Positions 25,301-37,890 of a stretch of DNA of 64,000 nt are shown here, piece after piece. Below the pieces are notes generated by a model. That model was not told the origin of the DNA and did not search any database. It saw only the letters and a list, made by a program, of their open reading frames with translations. The translations under genes and the position numbers were made by a program. The stretch's first letter is position 1. Every line of letters begins with the position of its first letter. Where the stretch lies: assembly GCF_006345805.1 (NCBI RefSeq), contig NC_043003.1:49972001-50036000 (forward strand). The letters run 5' to 3'. This stretch comes from Octopus sinensis (Eukaryota).

Positions 25301-27262
25301 GTTCATGAAGATTTTATAATTGATATAATTAATATTTTGATATCAAGCTGTATTAAGTTTGACAATCTCAACTATTTTTGCTGTTTTACTACAAACACAT
25401 TTTAATTGATAATATGCAAAACCCCTGAAGCTACTCAGAAACGTTGGTAATATCTGAAATTATAATCCTAAATGTTAATAATAATACCAATAATAATAAA
25501 TTTCAAAATTTGGCACAAGGCCAGCAATTTCGGAGGAAGTTGTATGTTAATTATTTTGACTCCAGTACTCAACTGGTACTTTTATCAAATCCCGAGAGGA
25601 TGAAAGGCAACAATGACCTTGGCAGAATTTGAACTCAGAAACGTGGAAGTTAGAGGCAATGCTGCTAAGCATTTTATCCAGCGTAATATATAACGATTCT
25701 GCCAGTTCACTGCCTTAACTGATTATTATTAATAATAATAATAATAATAAAGATAATAATAATAAATCCGGCTATTGTGTAGAGTATTTTAAGCATACAG
25801 AAAACAGATTGGAAGTGGGGAAGTCAATATACTAAGTTACACAATAGACTGACTAGAATGACAATTAAAAATAACAAAACCTTAAGAATTCAATACTTAA
25901 TAATAATGCAGTGATGAAGATGATATGAAATTGTAATCAACCTTAATTGGATAATAGTCAAAACTAATGATTGATGAGGGAGCTGGAGAAATGTTAGACA
26001 AGAATGAAAAAACAAAAATAAAAACAGGAAAATAACCCATTGTTCTGATCTAGCAAAATATTATTATTATTATTACCTTTATGGTAGATTACAAGTTTTC
26101 TACTAAGAAGCACTTTTCTCATTATCACAAAGAGTAACTTTATAATCTATGACCATATAATTATAATTACACAAAACTATTTAAACAATCTTTTTGATAA
26201 CATGATTCAAACAATTCATTTTATCCATTTTGAAAGAAAATTAAAATGAAATTCTAAAAATCTTTAATGAAAATGATATTTTACATAATAAATGTAAATA
26301 ACAATGGCAAAGAGATTCCACTTGAATCATAACCCAAATTTATCATGAAGAACAAAAAAGTAAATTATCAGTCAAGATGTGATCTCAATTACAGGAATGA
26401 ATTGAATTAATGAAGTAATTACTAAACAATTTACTCCAGTGTGTATATACATGTGTCTGTGTACACATATACACACACAGGTGCAAATATAGCTGTGTGG
26501 TAAAAAGCTTGCTTTCCAAACCACATGGCCTCTTGGGCAAGTGTCTTCTACCATAACCACAGGCCAACTAAAACCATGGAAATGAATTTCGTAGATGGGA
26601 ACTGAAATAAACTTATCGCGTGTGTGTGTGTGTGTGTAACTTAGCAGTTAGGCAAAAGAGACTAATAGAATAAGTACCAGGCTTTTAAAAAAAAAAAGTA
26701 CTGGGGTTGATTCATTCAATTAAAATTCTTCAAGGTTGGCCTCAGCATGGCTGCAGTCTAAGGAAAGAAAATAAATGTTTTTGATATCAAGAGAAGAGAA
26801 GAATTATTCAACTGAATCACCGTGTCCAAAATATTTATAACGAAATTCAACAAGATTTAATATGACAGGCATGGCCGTGCAGTGAGGCTTATTCTTCAAC
26901 CGTATAGCTTCAGATTCAGTTCCACTATACGGCACTTTGGGCAAGTGTCTTCTGCCAGAGCCCCTGGGCCAACCAAGGCTTTGTGAATGCATTTTGTAGA
27001 TGGAGATTGCATGTGTGTCTGTGTCCTCATTTTTTTGTCTGTTTTCCATGCTGGGAAACCATCCACCATGGGGTGGATGGTTTGACAGGAGCTGGCAAGC
27101 TGGAGGGCTGCACCAGGCCCCAGTTGTTTGTTTTGGTATAGTTTCTGTGGCTGGATGCCCTTCCTCATGCCGGTACTGGCATTGGTGCTCTTAACATGCC
27201 ACTGACACAGGTGTTTATGAGGAACCAGCATGGGTGTGACACCATATATATATATATAATAT

Positions 27263-27307
<45 letters not shown>

Positions 27308-27319
27308 GTATGTATGGGC

Positions 27320-27700
27320 GCAGGAGTGGCTGTGTGGTAAATAGCTTGCTTACCAACCATATGGTTCGGGGTTCAGTCCCACTGCGTGGCACCTTGGGTA
27401 AATGTCTTCTACTATAGCCTCAGGCCGACCATAGCCTTGTGAGTGGATTTGTTAGATGGAAACTGAAAGAAGCCCGTCGTATATATATATATGTGTGTAT
27501 GTGTGTGTGTCTGTGTTTGTCTCCCCCACATCGCTTGACAACTAATGCTGGTGTGTTTGCGTCCCCGTAACTTAGCAGTTACGATAGAATAAGTACTAGG
27601 ATTACAAAGAACAAGTCCTGGGGTTGATATGCTCGACTAAAGGCGATGCTCCAGCATGGCCGCACTCAAATGACTGAAACAAGTAAAAGAGTAAAAGAAT
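27320..27700 (+). mobile_element. SINE family A, young
   Basis: Complete copy; older copies nearby at 26490-26770 and 26870-27010. Confidence 0.9.
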
Positions 27701-27941
27701 ATATATATATATGATATTAATAATATCAAAGGGTAATCTGAAATATTAGAAATTTCCATTACCAGTGGCCCAGCATGTAAAAGTTTAGTCAATAGACTGG
27801 TCCAGGAGATAGATGGTAAATGTTTTTATTTTTTATTCCCTTCGAAATGTTATCCCTAATAGTGGTTTGGAATTTAACTGCCCTCTCTAGCAAGTAAGGA
27901 GTCCTATGATGGATGCCTCTTATGTGTTTAAATGTACACTG

Positions 27942-27984
<43 letters not shown>

Positions 27985-28769
27985 AAGATGTGTAAAAGAT
28001 TCGCGCAAGGTCGTTGCCAGTACCGCCTGACTGGCCCCATGTTGGTGGCACGTAAAAGCACCCACTACACTCTTGGAGTGGTTGGCAATATGAAGGGCAT
28101 CCAGCTGTAGAAACTCTGCCAGATCAAGATTGAAGCCTAGTGCAGCCTTCTGGTTTGCCAGCCCTCAGTCATTCGTCCAAACCATGCTAGCATAGAAAGC
28201 GGACGTTAAACGATGATGATGTATATATATATATATGTATAGAGAGAGTGAGAGAAGGTGTGTATGTGGGTGTTTTTGTTGGTCCCTTGCTACCACCTGG
28301 CAATGGGAGTTAGTTTGTTTATGTCCCCATGACATATCAGTTCAGTGGAAGACTGATAGAGTAAGTACCAGCCTTTTCAAAAAATAAGTTCTGGGATCAA
28401 TTTGTTCAGCTAAAATGGTGCCCCAGCATGACCGTAGTACAACCACTGAAACAAGTAGAAAGGTAAATGGTAAAAGATTCTCACAATGGGTGCAGAGGTT
28501 GCTGTATGATTTTAAGTATTTCACATTAACTATGCAAGTTTCGGGCTCAATCCCACAGCATGGTTTGTGAATAGAACCGCAGCATCTGAATGAACTCATA
28601 AATAATAGGGGGGAGGGGTGCAGCACTGATGAGAAATAAGCAAACTGTAGATGTGTTCAATATGTTTGTGACATATTTAAGCAATGTCAAAAGGCAAGTT
28701 CATTGCAGATTACCATGGAAAAAGAAAAAAAACATATATATATGTGGATGTATATATATATATATATAT

Positions 28770-29250
28770 ATATATGGAAGTATGCTGTGCGTGAGAAGAA
28801 CAGGCAGGACAAGTGAGACCATAACCCGTGGCCTCTACATGGGATGTAGCCAGTCCACTTATGCATACCTTTCCTTCTTGGGACACAAAACTCTACTTGT
28901 GAAGACCTGTTGAGGCAAGTGAGAATCGAAATCGATCAACATCAATGGAAATTGCAGCTGTGATACCAGTGCCGGTGGCACGTAAGAGAACCATCCGTTC
29001 GTGGCTATTGCCAGCCTCGCCTGGCCCCTGTGCTGGTGGCACGTAAAAAGCACCATCCGATCGTGGCCGTTTGCCAGCCTTGTCTGGCACGTAAAAAGCA
29101 CCCACTACACTCACGGAGTGGTTGGCGTTAGGAAGGGCATCCAGCTGTAGAAACATTGACAGATCAGACTGGGCATGGTTTCCCAGACCCCAACTGAACC
29201 GTCCAACCCATGCTAGCATGGAAAGCGGACGCTAAATGATGATGATGATA
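28770..29250 (+). mobile_element. Retroposon family D ending in (GAT)n, with internal tandem tggcacgtaaaaagcacc units
   Basis: Core gagtggttggcgttaggaagggcatccagctgtagaaac...cccatgctagcatggaaagcggacg...gatgatgat. Other copies: 28010-28222, 24545-24750, 31700-31930/32165-32240 (+); 19460-19720, 27030-27240, 38635-38985, 49800-49975, 58710-58935 (-). Confidence 0.8.
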
Positions 29251-29534
29251 TATATATATATATAAATAAAGGTGGCGAGCTGGCAGAAATATTAGCATGC
29301 CGTGTGAAATGCTTAGTGATAGTTTGTCTGCCTTTACATTCGGAGTTCAAATTCTGCTGAGGCTGTCTTTGCTTTTCATCCTTTCAGGGTCGATAAATTA
29401 AGTACCAGTTGTGTACTGGGTCGATCTAATCAACTGGCCCCCATCCCCCAAAATTTTGGGGCTTGTGCCTAGAGTAGAAAAGAATATATATCACCGTGAT
29501 AATTGAGACTGACCAGGCCATCAGATGGTGTTAC

Positions 29535-29788
29535 ACATCGCTGGTCACAATGCGCTTTGCATTGTTTTAGCCTTCAAATGATGCCACCCCTCTGGCTAAG
29601 TTGAGCAGGCCAACAGAAGAAAGAGTGAGAGAAAGTTGTGGAGAAAGAGTACAGCAGGGATCGCCACCACCTCCTGCCAGAGCCTTGTGGAGCTTTAGGT
29701 GTTTCCGCTCAATAAACACTCACAACGCCCGGTCTGGGAATTGAAACCGCAATCCTACAACTGCAAGTCCGCTGCCCTAACCACTGGG
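29535..29788 (-). mobile_element. SINE, head C1 + tail Y
   Basis: The 5' about 170 bp match 6456-6640; the 3' part is unrelated to tail X. Confidence 0.85.
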
Positions 29789-30129
29789 CCATTGCACCTA
29801 TATATATGTGTGTGTGTGTCTGTACTTATTGAGGACCCTCCGGTTGAATACGATGTAGGGCATTCAGCTTTTGCCAACTGACCTACACAAATGATTTGTT
29901 TATAGTGATCAAATGTATGCACTGTTTACTCATTCCCTCCATCAAATAGATGTTATCTGAACAGGTGTATGGTGTACCACGCATCAGGTGCTGAAGTGAT
30001 TGCAGAGAACATTAGATGACATGTTCTGCTTATGAACACAATGCACCACCCAGTCTAGATATTGAAACCATGATCTTGAGATTCTGATTGCAACACCCCC
30101 AATCACTAGGCTGTATATATTTTAATATT

Positions 30130-30277
30130 TTTTTACTTGTTTTAGTCATTTGCCTGCAGCCATGCTGGAGCACTGCCTTTCAGTGGAACAAATCGATTCC
30201 AGGACTTATTCCTAGAATAAGCTTGGCACATATTCTATTAGTCGATTTTGCTGAACTGTTAAGTTATGGGGACATAA

Positions 30278-30310
<33 letters not shown>

Positions 30311-30470
30311 CATACATACATACACACACAACTTCTTTCAGTTTCCGCCAACCAAATCCACTCGCAAGGCTTTGGTTGACCTGAGGCTATGGTAGAAGAC
30401 ACTTGCCCAAGGTGTCACACAGTGGGGCTGAACCTAGAAGCATGTGGAAACAAGCTTCTTACCATACAAC
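30130..30470 (-). mobile_element. SINE family A, diverged
   Basis: Collinear with family A in reverse orientation. Confidence 0.8.
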
Positions 30471-30476
30471 TACACC

Positions 30477-30528
<52 letters not shown>

Positions 30529-31045
30529 GTGTGTGTGTGTGTTCGGAAAAATAGAAATAGCTTTTCCACCTTAATAATTAGATGTTCAAAACCTGAAATT
30601 CTTCAAGTGGAAAAATTATCAGAAAAGCTATTTCTATTCATTTTTTCAAATATAGAATACTCTACCAAGGGCTACTTCTTATTCTACTATGTGTGTGTAT
30701 ATATATATATATACATAGACACACACATATATATTTATATATATATATATACATACACACACAGTATATAGGGATGGTTATAAACTGGGTTCAGGTTTAC
30801 TACATCGAGTAGGAGCACCTAAGATTACTGAGGGTGAGCAATCCCACTATAGTTTATCCAACGGGTAAATCCCAGGTTAGCATCACTGGATTATGAATAT
30901 TTTCAGTAGTAGTTCGCTTCAGACTACATCTGTGGACCGACCTTGAATTAAGGGTGTATAGTCGAAAATACCTTGATACAAATGTAACTATGCAGCAGAA
31001 ACGTGTTGGTCATATCTCAACCAATTATGCTGTATAATTAACTGT

Positions 31046-31373
31046 CTAAAAAGACTCCGCCAGTTACGACGACGAGGGTCCCAGCTGATACGATCAACGG
31101 AACAGCTTGCCCCTGAAATTAACGTGCAAATGGCTGAGCATTCCACAGACACGTGTACCCTTAACGTAGTTCTCGGGGATAATCAGCGCGACACAGAGAG
31201 TGACAAGGCTGACCCTTTGAAATACAAGTACAACTCATTTTTGCCAGCTGAGTGGACTGGAGCAACATGAAATAAAGTGTCTTGCTCAAGGACACAACGC
31301 GTCACCGGGAATCGAACTCACAACCTTACGATCATGAGTCGAATGCCCTAACCACTAAGCCACGCGCCCTCAC
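31046..31373 (-). mobile_element. tRNA-headed SINE, head C2 (CORE-like segment) + tail X, 12-bp TSD
   Basis: Head ggcgcgtggcttagtggttagggcattcgac...gttgtgtccttgagcaagacactttatttc; tail shared with 6456-6843; TSD ataattaactgt at 31034-31045 and 31374-31385. Confidence 0.9.
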
Positions 31374-32650
31374 ATAATTAACTGTAAAAATAAGCAGATA
31401 TACCAATCTCTATATTTAATGTAACTGTCTTATATACATACATATAGGTACAGGCATAGCTGTGTGTTTAAATATAGGTACAGTTATGGCTGTGCTTTAC
31501 AATCTGAATTCAAATCCCCCTGAAGTTTATTTTCTTTTCCTTTCAGGACTTGAGACAAAATAAAGTATTAGTACATAGGTTGATGTACTCAACTAACCGA
31601 TCTTCACCAAATTACTAGTCTTGTGCCTCAATTAGAAATTAAAGATGTAATTTCGATCTGAGGACTTCCACCTCACCTGTTTCTGATCAAGAAATGTTTC
31701 CACATGGCCAGACAAGTGAACTCGCATCAGCTGGCACAAAGCCACCTCTCTCAATACTACTACCACTACTACCCCACTCAGTTGAGGTGGAGTCTTCTCT
31801 TGCAAGGTGCTTGATGACCTCACTGGTGCTGTTGCCATGTAAAAAGCACAGAGTACAATCTGTAAAAGTGTTTGGTTGTTAGGAAAGGCGTCCAGCCATC
31901 TAAACCATATCAAAGCAGACAATAAAGTTTGGTGCAGTTCTTATTTCTTTATTGTCCACAAGGGGGTAAACATAGAGGGGACAAACAAGGACAGACAAAG
32001 GGATTAAGTTGATTACAATCGACCCCAGTGCATAACTGGTACTTAATTTATCAACTCCGAAAGGATGAGAGGCTAAGTCGACCTCGGCGGAATTTGAACT
32101 GAGAACCTAATGGCAGATGAAATACTGCTAAGCATTTCACCTGGTGTGCTAACGATTCTGCCAGTTCTTTAGCTACCCAGCTCCTGTAAAACCATCCAAC
32201 CCATGCTGGCATGAAAGGTAGATGTTAAATAATGAGGATTTCCCCACCACTTTTTTTTTTTTTTTACTTGTTTTGGGCATTTACCAAGATAAAAATATCC
32301 TGAAAACATTCTATAGAATCTAATAAAAATTATGTTTGCAGTTGAATCTCACAAATGAAAAACAGAATCAAAACAGATATGAAATCTAATGCGACAATTC
32401 CAATGGATAATGAATAAAAATCAACTGAAAGATGGATTTAAGTGACACCATTAATATTCCAGGAAGAACTATATAACAGTAATTTATATTTTTTTCTTTT
32501 TCTTTTGCAAGCATGTTTGTATGACTGATTTTGTATTTCTCTTCATTTTCAGTTATGTTCAATGTCAGTAAACAACAGCCATATTGTCAGTACAGAGGAA
32601 TCTTTTACTTGCTGCTGTTAAAATCTACCAACTTGAATAACTACCTAGAG

Positions 32651-32980
32651 CAGCGATTCTCAACTGGGATTCATATGGCTCTTGGAGGTCCATACAAGAT
32701 TTTGTTGGTTATGTGCAATAAATTGGTTGTAATTCTACAATATACAAAATATTGTAAATTTTTTCATACAATCCCTCTCTTTTACTCGTTTCAGTCATTT
32801 GACTGTGGCCATGCTAGAACACTGCCATTTTAGTCAAGCAAATCGACCCCAGGACTTATTCTTTGTAAGCCTAGTACTTATTCTATCAGTCTCTTTTGCC
32901 GAACTGCTAAGTTGCAGGGACGTAAATACACCAGCATCAGTTGTCAAGCGATGGTGGGGGGAGGGGACAAACACACACAC

Positions 32981-33027
<47 letters not shown>

Positions 33028-33317
33028 CGGGCTTCTTTCAGTTTCCGTCTACCAAATCCACTCACAAGGATCTGGTCGGCCCAAGGCTATAGTAGAAGAC
33101 ACTTGCACAAGGTGTCACGCAGCGGGTCTGAACCCAAAAACATGTGGCTGGTAAGCAAGCTACTTACCACACAGCCTCTCCTAATAATATTTTAAAAATT
33201 ATTTTTTAATTAAAAAAAATGTCATAGGATTCTTTAAGTATCAAATGGCTATAGGGTCCAGTAGAGTAAAATACGAATCGAAGGGGTCCACAGGTAAAAG
33301 ACGATTGAGAACCACTG
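32651..33317. mobile_element. hAT (Charlie-type) MITE split by a family-A SINE
   Basis: Ends cagcgattctcaa ... ttgagaaccactg; degenerate 8-bp TSD acctagag / atctaggg, close to the NTCTAGAN target of Charlie elements. Related partial copies at about 11492-11600 and 59040-59114; other hAT-like ends at 34672-34815 and 59129-59300. Confidence 0.7.
32780..33182 (-). mobile_element. SINE family A nested in a hAT MITE, about 230 bp into the intron after the TM exon
   Basis: Complete copy in reverse orientation. Confidence 0.9.
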
Positions 33318-33410
33318 ATCTAGGGGCTTCCTCACAGAGGTTATTGCAATGAATAAGCAATAAGCATAATTTACAATGTAAAAGAGAAAAAAAAAATAGC
33401 CACAACTTAC

Positions 33411-33917
33411 CATTAGTGTCATATATGACTCTTTATCATAACTAGAATTTCTCTTTTTGTAAAAGTGCACAACTATCACAGCAACTAGTAGTAAAACCAC
33501 ACTAGTACAAATGATACTAATCAAAGAAAGAGCAATAGTTTTCCAAGGGGTTGTATCCTGATTAATAGTTGTTACTAGAGCAGGTTGGTTCATCCGAGGT
33601 TTCGTGTAATCAATATTCGGATCATGGTGTATCACTGGTTTTTGTGGATCCGGTTTCCAGTACGGATGATGTACCCTGCTTTTGTTTTGCTGTTTATGTT
33701 TGCCACCGACTACAAAACGATTGAACTCCACAAAGGGCCCGCATGAGAGATCTTCGTAAGGACTGCAGGGGCTGCGAATTATCTCGTTGTCAGGACAAGT
33801 TGAACAGTTAACGCATTTTTTAAATGTAGTATTGTAGTAAGTGTTTGGTGGACAGTGATTATGTGCAGCGAGTGTAAACGCTACCGATAGCGTCATGACA
33901 AATGCTACAAGATTCAT
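33411..33917 (-). CDS. TNF-receptor-superfamily-like protein, main coding exon (signal peptide, single TNFR cysteine-rich repeat, stalk, transmembrane helix)
   Basis: Acceptor ttttctttttatttattcag|G (exon starts 33929), ATG at 33917, donor ATG|gtaagt at 33410 (phase 0, 169 codons). Translation: MNLVAFVMTLSVAFTLAA (signal-like), C-x12-C-x2-C-x2-C-x9-C-x7-C (CPPNTYYNTTFKKCVNCSTCPDNEIIRSPCSPYEDLSC), Pro/His-rich stalk, hydrophobic IALSLISIICTSVVLLLVAVIVVHF followed by KKR. The architecture resembles single-repeat TNFRs such as Drosophila Wengen; orthology not established. Confidence 0.88.
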
Positions 33918-34283
33918 GATGACGTTAACCTGAATAAATAAAAAGAAAAGATACAAAAAGAAAATTAGAGATGCTTACATCAATTAGAAAATGTAGTTAA
34001 CATTTAATTAGTAAAATTTAAAAGCTTTCTAAACTATCATGTAGAGAAAAGGAACTCTTAACCTAATCCTTCTAAATAACCCCTCTAGTATCTGTGACAC
34101 GATTAAGCCATAAGTATTCAGATTACTCTGCCAAATATAACGCTTATTTATTCACAGTGTTTTGAATTAATCTTGAATTTACTACCTTGTAGCTTCAAAC
34201 TTTCAATGATGTGGTTGTGTATACGTAAATATACTTTCTTCCAAGTAACTTACTACCTGACTTTCCACTGCCCTCAATATATA

Positions 34284-34337
<54 letters not shown>

Positions 34338-34422
34338 GATTGTTCCAGTTTCAGCTCATGAGCTGTGGCCATGCTGGGGCACCAAACTTATTTAATACAT
34401 ACATGGTATTGTGTGCTACTAA

Positions 34423-34570
34423 TCTATTATATAAAATCTGTTCTGTCTGTCTGTGTGTGTCATCTAGGATCTCAGGTATCCTCCATCCGATTGCACTCAA
34501 ATTTGATATGTAGATACCGATGGTATCAGGGCGTGCATAAGTCTTGAAAAAATTACAAAAATCGATCGAT
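34423..34570 (+). mobile_element. Probable Helitron 5' fragment of a second family
   Basis: A|TCtattatataaaatctgttctgtctgtctgtgtgt has the same 5' signature as the copies above; no 3' hairpin/CTAG found. Confidence 0.4.
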
Positions 34571-35199
34571 AAAGCCGTGGGATAGTGCCTTTATAAAATC
34601 GGTTTTCTTGGAATAGAAAACAAGTCTATCTTTATCTCTTCTTTTGCTGGTGCCTCTAAATTAGGTTAAATCAGTGTTTCTCAAAGGGGAGGCCTATGGG
34701 ACAGTCAGACAAGTTGTTTTGAGAAAATTTGGTTCAAATGTTTGACAACTCAGCACTGTCCATTGGACGGGGGGGGGGGCGTTTTGCTCATAGTTTCATA
34801 TGTTGAGAAATACCTTAAACATATTCATCAGGCACAAATCACATATGATATGTTTGACTAGAACTGGCAAGCTGAAGAGCTGCGCCAGATACCATAGTCT
34901 GATTTGTCTTAGTTTCAATGGGTGGATACCCTTACTAAAGCCACCCACTTTAAGGGGGTAATGGGTGTGTGTGTGTGTTTTTTTTTAAATTTTCTCTTCT
35001 TTTGCAGGCATAGGTGTGTGATAGGGTTCTGTGCTATTGCATGCCATGTTGGGCAAGTCTTGTCTATTACAGCTCCAAGCCAACTAAAGCCTTGTGGGTA
35101 GATTTGGTGGACAGAAACTGAAGGAAGCCTGTTGTGTGTTTGCACATGCATGTGCATGTATATTTGTGTGCATTAGGGTGTACACATGTCTAGCCGAAG

Positions 35200-35425
35200 G
35201 TTGTAAATGCACTTAAGTTATACGAGGTTGTTCATTTCCAGTTTTCCATAAAAAAAAAACAGTTACAGGGAAAGTGGAAAATATTATCTTGCTTGGAAAC
35301 AAAGGAGGGTTAGTGAGTGTAAAGGCATCCAGCAAAGGAAAAATCAGCCTCAACAAATACTTCATCTGGTCCACACACAAATATGGCAAAATGGACATTA
35401 AATGATGATAATGATGGTGATGATG
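35200..35425 (+). mobile_element. Retroposon family E tail ending in (GAT)n
   Basis: ttgcttggaaac..gagggttagtga...ggcatcc...cctcaacaaat...aatgatgat; also at 14685-14840, 25130-25300 and 47585-47695. Confidence 0.65.
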
Positions 35426-35616
35426 ACAGTGATTTTGTGCATATACACAAATATTCACCTCACACTATTTTTGAAAATTCTAGAATTACTTTAAATTACT
35501 GTAAATAAATGCAAATAAATCTTAGAAAAAAAAACTCAGTTTTCACCTTCCATTTCTTCATCTTGTACTCATATGGAATCAAAAACTACTACTTCGACAC
35601 ACACATTGTGTATATA

Positions 35617-35648
<32 letters not shown>

Positions 35649-35649
35649 G

Positions 35650-35948
35650 GTGAATGGCTTAGTGGTTAAGGTGTTGCACTCACGATTGTGAGTTCACGAG
35701 TTCAATTCCTACACCGGGTGGTGTGTCGTGTTCCTGAGCAAAGCACATTATTTCATGTTGCTCTGCGGATCATTTCGACATCTGACATGTGGCACCTGTT
35801 TCTATCTGTGCAAGTAATGTCGATCTGATGGAGGGAATGAGTTTATATGTCTCCACAAATATTTGATCGCTATAAACAAATCGTCTCTGTGGTTCTTCGG
35901 TAAAGAAATTGTCAAATCTTCATATATCGTCTAACGATGGGAGAGTCC
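35650..35948 (+). mobile_element. SINE, C2-like head + tail J
   Basis: Shares gatggagggaatgagt...atttgatc(a/g)ctataaacaaatc with 53495-53770 (+) and 29860-30110 (-). Confidence 0.75.
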
Positions 35949-36989
35949 ATCATATCTATAATTACACATGCAGATATATAAGCTTTAGAATAGGTACACC
36001 ATTACCCTGTATTTTGAAAAAGGGCAACTAAAAGGGTGATGACACCTACTCAACTTATTGAGCAAGGAAAAGATGATATAAAATGATGACAACAGCAAAA
36101 TGTATATATGTATATAGAAGCGTACAAGTGTATGTGTACACACATGTACATAATTCCAATAGTCTATAATTGACGACCATAGTCCAAAGCAATATAGTAG
36201 GATAGCTATAATTTGATAGATTTAAATTAAATAATCAATGTTAGTACTACCTATTATAAATCAGTGACTGGAAAACCTGTCAGAAACTAAAGTGTTCTGA
36301 AGATTAAATCAATTCCAGGAAGTTGTAAAATATGATGTTTATCTTATGTTAGCCATTAAAATAAGTCAGTAATGATCTCAAACTGTATGTGCAAAAAATG
36401 TCTTTAAAAACCCCAGCAAACTTCACATGTGTGTGTAGACACACACACACACATACATACGAATATACATACATATGTTTCTTTTTCTAAGATCTAAACC
36501 ATTTAATTTCTCATTCCTTTTGTTATTGAAGTAATATTTTTGAAAGACTGATAAAAAAGAAAAAAAAAAGACAACTTTTTTATTCAAATATTAAAGTTAC
36601 GATATAAAGCTTATAATTTACTGAGGCATCATGATACAAAAAAAAAACAAGACACATGCATATAAATATACATATATATATATATATAATGTGTGAGAGA
36701 GAGAGAGATACCTACACACCCCATTGACATAAATGAATTTTAAGACAAAATTTTAAAAAAAAAAAAAACAGTAAAGGAACACTGTAAATTTACATTTACA
36801 GTTCACAATAGGCTTAAAAAAAGAAAAGAAAAATTTACAATTCATATTTCAAACATTTTTATTCAAATTTTTACAGAATATTAATGTAGATGTATGTCTG
36901 TCTGTCTGTCTGCACAGAAACAGGTCTGTGTACGTGGGTGAATATATACATAAGCTTGTGTGTGTTTTGATTATATATATATATATATA

Positions 36990-37031
<42 letters not shown>

Positions 37032-37584
37032 CACACATACACATTCTGTGCTAAGTACGTGTTTGCATAGTATGTACATGTAAATATATATATATATATA
37101 TATATATATAGTGTGTCTGTGAGAGAGAGGAGAGAGAATGCATATATGGTGTGTGCGTGTGTGTGAGAGAGTGAGGAGGGGAGAGAGAGAAACGGCAATG
37201 AAAAGAAGCTTCTGCTGCTAATTAACATAAAAACACAGCTTTTGCATCATGTACTTTTCTCATCATTTAAACTCAGATGTGCGAACATACACACAACTCT
37301 TTGCATAGAGGTATATCGATACACATATAAATACGTGGATATATACATACACATCATACACACACACACATGCAAGTATACCATCGCATATACATATACA
37401 TACATGTCAATAGACATACTTATCATACCTCCATATATAAAGAATACACAGGAGATGTTTGTAAAACTTTTGAGCAATGCAGGTGAAGAATTAATCAAAA
37501 TATGCAAGGTGGTGTCAATACAGAAAAGACAAAAGATATCGTATTCTTACATAGGTTGTTTAACACTCTAACATTCTATTTTCA

Positions 37585-37890
37585 TTTATGCGCCCTTTTC
37601 AAGCCAAACCAGGCTCATGGGTTCAGTTTCCTGGTTTCTACGGCGTATGTGTTCCCCCCAGTTGGATGGGACGCCAGTCCATCGCAGCATTACTCAAGAA
37701 ACAGGAAGAAAGAGTGAGAGACAGTTGGGGCGAAAAAGTACAACAGGGGTCACCACCATCCCTGCCAGAGCCTTGTGGAGCTTTTAGGTGTTTTCGCTCA
37801 ATAAACACACACAACACCCGGTTTGAGAATCGAAACCGCGATCCCCCGACCGCGAGTCCACTGCCCTAACCACTGGGCCATTGCGCCTCC
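37585..37890 (-). mobile_element. SINE, head C1 + tail Z (V-domain-like)
   Basis: The 5' part matches C1; the tail contains ctgcgatggactggcgtcccatccaactgggggg, which I recall as the V-SINE conserved motif. Approximate TSD cactc(t)taacatt. Confidence 0.8.

Noticed and set aside
25390-25453. Candidate 64-nt phase 0-to-1 middle exon (ILPTFLSSFRGFAYYQLKCVC); also 7-13 nt candidates at 21240-21252 and a 15-nt one near 32285-32299
   Set aside because: The splice sites are weak (gtaaaa, gtagct) or the phase is wrong, and the peptide is unconvincing; none can be supported without RNA data.
28960-29110. Three tggcacgtaaaaagcacc repeats with intervening sequence, superficially CRISPR-like (also the tctaatttcatctgaaa repeats at 11740-11950)
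   Set aside because: The spacers are similar to each other, the context is eukaryotic retroposon sequence, and there are no cas genes.
17025-33182. Apparent antisense bias of SINE A in the large intron (about 9 plus versus 3 minus)
   Set aside because: Too few copies, and several are fragments; not distinguishable from chance.
33249-33410. C-terminal part (VSCGYFFF...) and N-terminal MYLFFLFIQ of the 235-aa ORF
   Set aside because: They lie beyond canonical splice sites (gtaagt donor; polypyrimidine tract plus cag acceptor), and the distal part runs into a hAT MITE end.
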